Part shown: positions 60,443 through 64,000 of the stretch, one piece after another | Numbering within the stretch: position 1 is the stretch's first letter | Layout of the letters: every line of letters begins with the position of its first letter | Source: an uncultured delta proteobacterium | GTDB lineage: Bacteria > Desulfobacterota > Binatia > UBA9968 | DNA length: 64,000 nucleotides | Assembly (NCBI GenBank): GCA_963727625.1 | Contig: CAVSHR010000005.1 | Coordinates: 288,001 to 352,000, forward strand | Direction: 5' to 3' | Made by a program: the position numbers and the translations under genes | The notes under the pieces: generated by a model | What the model saw: only the letters and a program-made list of their open reading frames with translations | Database searches by the model: none | Told to the model about the DNA's origin: nothing

Positions 60443-61279
60443 ATGCCCACGGCTGCATTGCCCACCGGCGTCGAGCTTTATTATGAGGTTCACGGCAGCG
60501 GCGAGCCCCTGCTGTTTTTCCCCTCCACCGCTTTTTCCGCGGGCGTTTGGAAACCCTATCAAGTCCCGGCGCTGGCGCAGTCCCTGCAACTGATCCTCCA
60601 TGACCCGCGCGGTTGCCCGCGCAGTAGAGTCTCACAGCAGGTCTATACGATCGAACAAATGGCCAGCGATGCGGCCGCGCTGCTCGATCATTTAGATATT
60701 CCGGCAGCCCATCTGATCGGCCACTCGATGGGCGGGCGCGTGGCGCTGACGATGGCGCTCAATTTTCCCGGCAGAGTGAAGAGTCTGATCATGGCCGCCG
60801 GCGGGTCCGGTCTGGTGCCGCGCCCCGGGCCCGATTGCGTCCCCGGCCTGCCCCTTTGGCTGGTGCTCGGTCTGGTCGAAAAAGGCTACGAGAAATGTCT
60901 CCGCGATGAGTACTGCGACTCGGAGGTTTTTTTCACCCGCAATTTCCGCGCGCGCCATCCGGAGCGCGTCGAGGAATTTTTCCGCGTCGCTCGCGCCACC
61001 CACGCCGGGTTAAGCGAGTACCTCCAGCTCAGCATCGCGCGCCACAACTGGGAAGCCACCCACCGACTCGGCGACGTGCATTGCCCCACACTGGTACTGA
61101 TCGGCAACCACGACCGCGCCCGCAGCGACCACTTGGTTCAGGCGCAAGCACTGACCGAAAGAATCCCCGGCGCTGAATTGCAAGTGCTCGACGGCCAATC
61201 CCACGGCTTTTTCTGGCAGGCCCCCGAGGAAACCAACCAAGTCATTCTCGACTGGGTGATGCGCCACGCCGCGCAGTAA
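60443..61279 (+). CDS. alpha/beta hydrolase (copy 2, tandem paralogue)
   Basis: Same length (278 aa) and motifs as copy 1; ATG 4 nt after the copy 1 stop. Confidence 0.92.
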   Translation: MPTAALPTGVELYYEVHGSGEPLLFFPSTAFSAGVWKPYQVPALAQSLQLILHDPRGCPRSRVSQQVYTIEQMASDAAALLDHLDIPAAHLIGHSMGGRVALTMALNFPGRVKSLIMAAGGSGLVPRPGPDCVPGLPLWLVLGLVEKGYEKCLRDEYCDSEVFFTRNFRARHPERVEEFFRVARATHAGLSEYLQLSIARHNWEATHRLGDVHCPTLVLIGNHDRARSDHLVQAQALTERIPGAELQVLDGQSHGFFWQAPEETNQVILDWVMRHAAQ

Positions 61280-61420
61280 ATCGACCGCCGCCAATCAGTG
61301 TGGCGGTGGAGCCGGCCCCAGAACAAATCACAGAAGGCTTGTATTCGGCGCTAGCCGAAACTACCCGAAGTGGACAGGAACCACGCTCTAGGCTAGAAGG
61401 GTTGTCGGGAGAAACGAACC

Positions 61421-62317
61421 ATGCCTTACTGCTACCCACCGGATCCCAACACGCGCAAGCCGCAATCGTCGCCGCCCCCGAACGCTTGCGACAGCCACTT
61501 TCATGTCTTCGGCCCGCCGGAGCAATTTCCTTTTGTCGCTACGCACGAGTATACCCCGCCGGCCGCGCCGCTGGAGCATTATTTAAAAATGCTTGCGGTC
61601 ATCGGCATCGAGCGCGCGGTAGTCGTGCAACCGAGCGTCCACGGCCTGGACAATTCGGCAACGCTCGATGCTGTCAAGAACTCCCAGGGCAGGTTCCGCG
61701 GCGTCGGCCGCATCGACGACAAGACCACGAAGGATGAAATCAGGCGCCTGCATGATGCCGGCATCCGCGGCGTGCGCTTCAACTTGCTCGATCGGCCGCG
61801 CGGCAACGTCAAGCTCGACGTGCTCGACCGCTGTGTCGACAACGTCGCCGAACTCGGCTGGTCCATCGACCTGCACATCGACATGAAGAACTTGATCGCC
61901 CAGGAAAAGCGCATTCGCGCCATGCCCGTGCCCGTAGTCATCGATCATATCGCTCGGGTGAAGCCCGCCGGGGGGTTGGACCAGCCGGGGTTTCAACTAC
62001 TGCTCGATCTGATGAAACTCAAGCATGTCTGGGTCAAGGTCAGCGGCGCGGATAAGATTTGCCAGACCCTGGTGCACTCTTACTATGGCCTTCCCTTCGT
62101 CGAAGTGATTCCCTACGCCCAGGCGGTGATTGCAGCCGCGCCGGAGCGGATTATCTGGGGCACCGACTGGCCGCACTCGAATAATTTCGTGCCCGGCCAT
62201 ACACCCAACGACGGCGATCTTGTCGATCTGCTGGCGGCCTTCGCGCCGGACGCGGCGACTAGAAAGAAGATATTGGTCGACAATCCCGCGGCATTGTACG
62301 GTTTCGAGCAATTCTAG
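61421..62317 (+). CDS. amidohydrolase, 2-pyrone-4,6-dicarboxylate lactonase (LigI)-like
   Basis: ACDSHFHVFGP, R-x-VVVQPS-x-HG-x-DN, GVRFN, IDH and WGTDWPH motifs. Confidence 0.88.
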   Translation: MPYCYPPDPNTRKPQSSPPPNACDSHFHVFGPPEQFPFVATHEYTPPAAPLEHYLKMLAVIGIERAVVVQPSVHGLDNSATLDAVKNSQGRFRGVGRIDDKTTKDEIRRLHDAGIRGVRFNLLDRPRGNVKLDVLDRCVDNVAELGWSIDLHIDMKNLIAQEKRIRAMPVPVVIDHIARVKPAGGLDQPGFQLLLDLMKLKHVWVKVSGADKICQTLVHSYYGLPFVEVIPYAQAVIAAAPERIIWGTDWPHSNNFVPGHTPNDGDLVDLLAAFAPDAATRKKILVDNPAALYGFEQF

Positions 62318-62446
62318 TTTTCCGCACTAAACGGTACCGCTACGGTGCATGCGGAGCTGGCAATCAAACCGGCCCGATAGTTTGGCCAGGTACGGGATCC
62401 TATACTTCTTCCCTTGAAGGGGGAGAGTGAGAGTGAAGGAGCCACC

Positions 62447-63376
62447 ATGATCATCGACTGGCATGCCCATGTTTATCCGCCCGAACTGGCCAAAGAGCGC
62501 CGCTGGGGCGGCACAACGCCGTTGACCATAGAAAATCTGCTCGAAGCCCATGAGAACGCGGGTATCGATCGCTGCGTGGTCAGCAACACGATTCATTACT
62601 TAAAGGACAAAACCAACGACGAGTCGCTGGCGTTTCTGCGCCGCTGGAACGAGTACGGCGCCGAGATCCAGCAAAAATATAAAGATCGAATTATTGTTTT
62701 CACCAGCACCCTGCCCTGCGGCGGTGCGTCGTTTGTCAAGGAAATGGAACGGGCCATCGTCGAATACGGTTTGCGCGGCGTGCTCATCAACTCGAGTCAT
62801 CAGCATGCTTACCCCGACGACGACGAGGCAAAGCCGTTTTTCGACGCGGTCGCGAGCCTCGGCATCCCGCTCATGATGCACGCCCCTTCGGTGGGTTACG
62901 GCGAAGAGCGCATGCGCGACTACCGCCTGGCTTCAAGCGTCGGCCGGCCCTTCGACGAGTGCCTGAGCATCGCCCGCCTGATCGTGCGCGGCGTTTTCGA
63001 GCGCCACCCCGGGATCACATTCGTCGGCTGCCATCTCGGCGGCGGCATCTGCGACGTCATCGGCCGGATGGATTACGCCTACGAGCTCGGCGACCTGGCT
63101 TCCGGGTTGGGGGCCTATGAGCCGATGTTGATCACCAAGCGTCCGAGCGATTATCTCAAGACTCTTTTCATGGACACGGTCGCCTATCATCCGCCGGCCA
63201 TCATGTGCGCCTATCAGACCGTAGGCGCCAAGCATTTGCTGTTCGGCAGCGACGCGCCGCCGCTCCTGCCGCTCTTGCCGCGGGCAAAAAAAATCATCGA
63301 AGAGCTGCCAATCACGGAAGCGGAGCGCCAAGACATTTTCGGCGCCAACGCGCTGAAGCTGCTGCAAGGGTCATGA
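62447..63376 (+). CDS. amidohydrolase_2, ACMSD-like decarboxylase/hydratase
   Basis: IDWHAH, MMH, HLGGG, FGSD-x-P and NA-x-x-LL motifs. Confidence 0.9.
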   Translation: MIIDWHAHVYPPELAKERRWGGTTPLTIENLLEAHENAGIDRCVVSNTIHYLKDKTNDESLAFLRRWNEYGAEIQQKYKDRIIVFTSTLPCGGASFVKEMERAIVEYGLRGVLINSSHQHAYPDDDEAKPFFDAVASLGIPLMMHAPSVGYGEERMRDYRLASSVGRPFDECLSIARLIVRGVFERHPGITFVGCHLGGGICDVIGRMDYAYELGDLASGLGAYEPMLITKRPSDYLKTLFMDTVAYHPPAIMCAYQTVGAKHLLFGSDAPPLLPLLPRAKKIIEELPITEAERQDIFGANALKLLQGS

Positions 63377-63450
63377 CCCGTGGGTTGGCAAGTTGCGCGC
63401 ATTCCGGCGACGTGGCATAAGCAATTTAATGCTCCGGAAAGGAAGTTTTT

Positions 63451-63726
63451 ATGCCGCCGTTATCCTATGATGATCTCATCGAACCGACGATCGTAAAACA
63501 AGTTTCGAAAAGCGTTGCCTATTGCCGCTGCACGCGCAGTAAGAATCTGCCGTTCTGCGACGGATCGCACGCGGTGACAAACGTACAGCCGTTTGTTCTT
63601 GAGCTCGAGCAACCGGAAACCATCGCCATCTGCCGCTGCTGGAAGTCAAAAGAACACCCCTTTTGTGACGGCACCCATGGCCGTTTGGTCAAACCCAAGG
63701 AAAGACCGCCGCGAAATCACGGATAA
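63451..63726 (+). CDS. tandem CDGSH [2Fe-2S] protein (MiNT/CISD3-like)
   Basis: CRCTRSKNLPFCDGSH and CRCWKSKEHPFCDGTH. Confidence 0.93.
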   Translation: MPPLSYDDLIEPTIVKQVSKSVAYCRCTRSKNLPFCDGSHAVTNVQPFVLELEQPETIAICRCWKSKEHPFCDGTHGRLVKPKERPPRNHG

Positions 63727-63806
63727 CTAAAGTTATTGTTTGACGTTTTGAACGATTGGAACTGCTTGAACGATTTGGACGCGTTTTAATTTAAAGGAGG
63801 TTTACC

Positions 63807-64000
63807 ATGGTCGAGATGAAAAACCCTATTAAGGAGGCCGACGCCAATCCGGGCGTCAATCACCTCAGTCTGTGGAGAACCGATCTGGCGTATTATTGGG
63901 TGATCAATTGCGAAGGCCGGCTCCAGGACGACATGCACTACCACGATAACGACGATCATATCTTCATGCTGCTCGAAGGCGAGTGCACTATTCGCACGCC
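63807..64000 (+). CDS. cupin domain protein, runs off the window
   Basis: RBS AAGGAGG; MVEMKNP...MHYHDNDDHIFMLLEGEC cupin motif. Confidence 0.8.
   Translation, partial: MVEMKNPIKEADANPGVNHLSLWRTDLAYYWVINCEGRLQDDMHYHDNDDHIFMLLEGECTIRT

Overview
GC-rich bacterial window with no rRNA, tRNA or CRISPR array detected. It is dominated by catabolic and transport genes: a UbiD-family decarboxylase, two racemase/maleate-isomerase-fold proteins lacking both catalytic cysteines, seven amidohydrolase-superfamily genes, a family III CoA-transferase, two ABC importer clusters, hydantoinase/oxoprolinase A+B+B, tandem alpha/beta hydrolases, a P450, and CDGSH and cupin proteins. It also encodes a five-GAF histidine kinase, a SWIM-SNF2 ATPase and a stand-alone SWIB protein. 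This gene repertoire suggests Candidatus Binatia-like Deltaproteobacteria (inference only). An accessory zone at about 19-35 kb holds four type II toxin-antitoxin modules, remnants of RAYT/Y1 and IS110 transposases, and a more AT-rich 1272-aa protein. That protein has a nuclease-like N-terminus, a degenerate STAND-like module and a long helical tail, and is bracketed by GGGGTC/GACCCC REP-like motifs. It is the best candidate for an uncharacterised (defence) system. A complete IS1182-family element lies at 6185-8009. Intergenic regions carry several families of 7-9-mer tandem repeats and palindromes. Several genes are broken by single-base indels whose pattern suggests long-read consensus errors rather than true pseudogenes.
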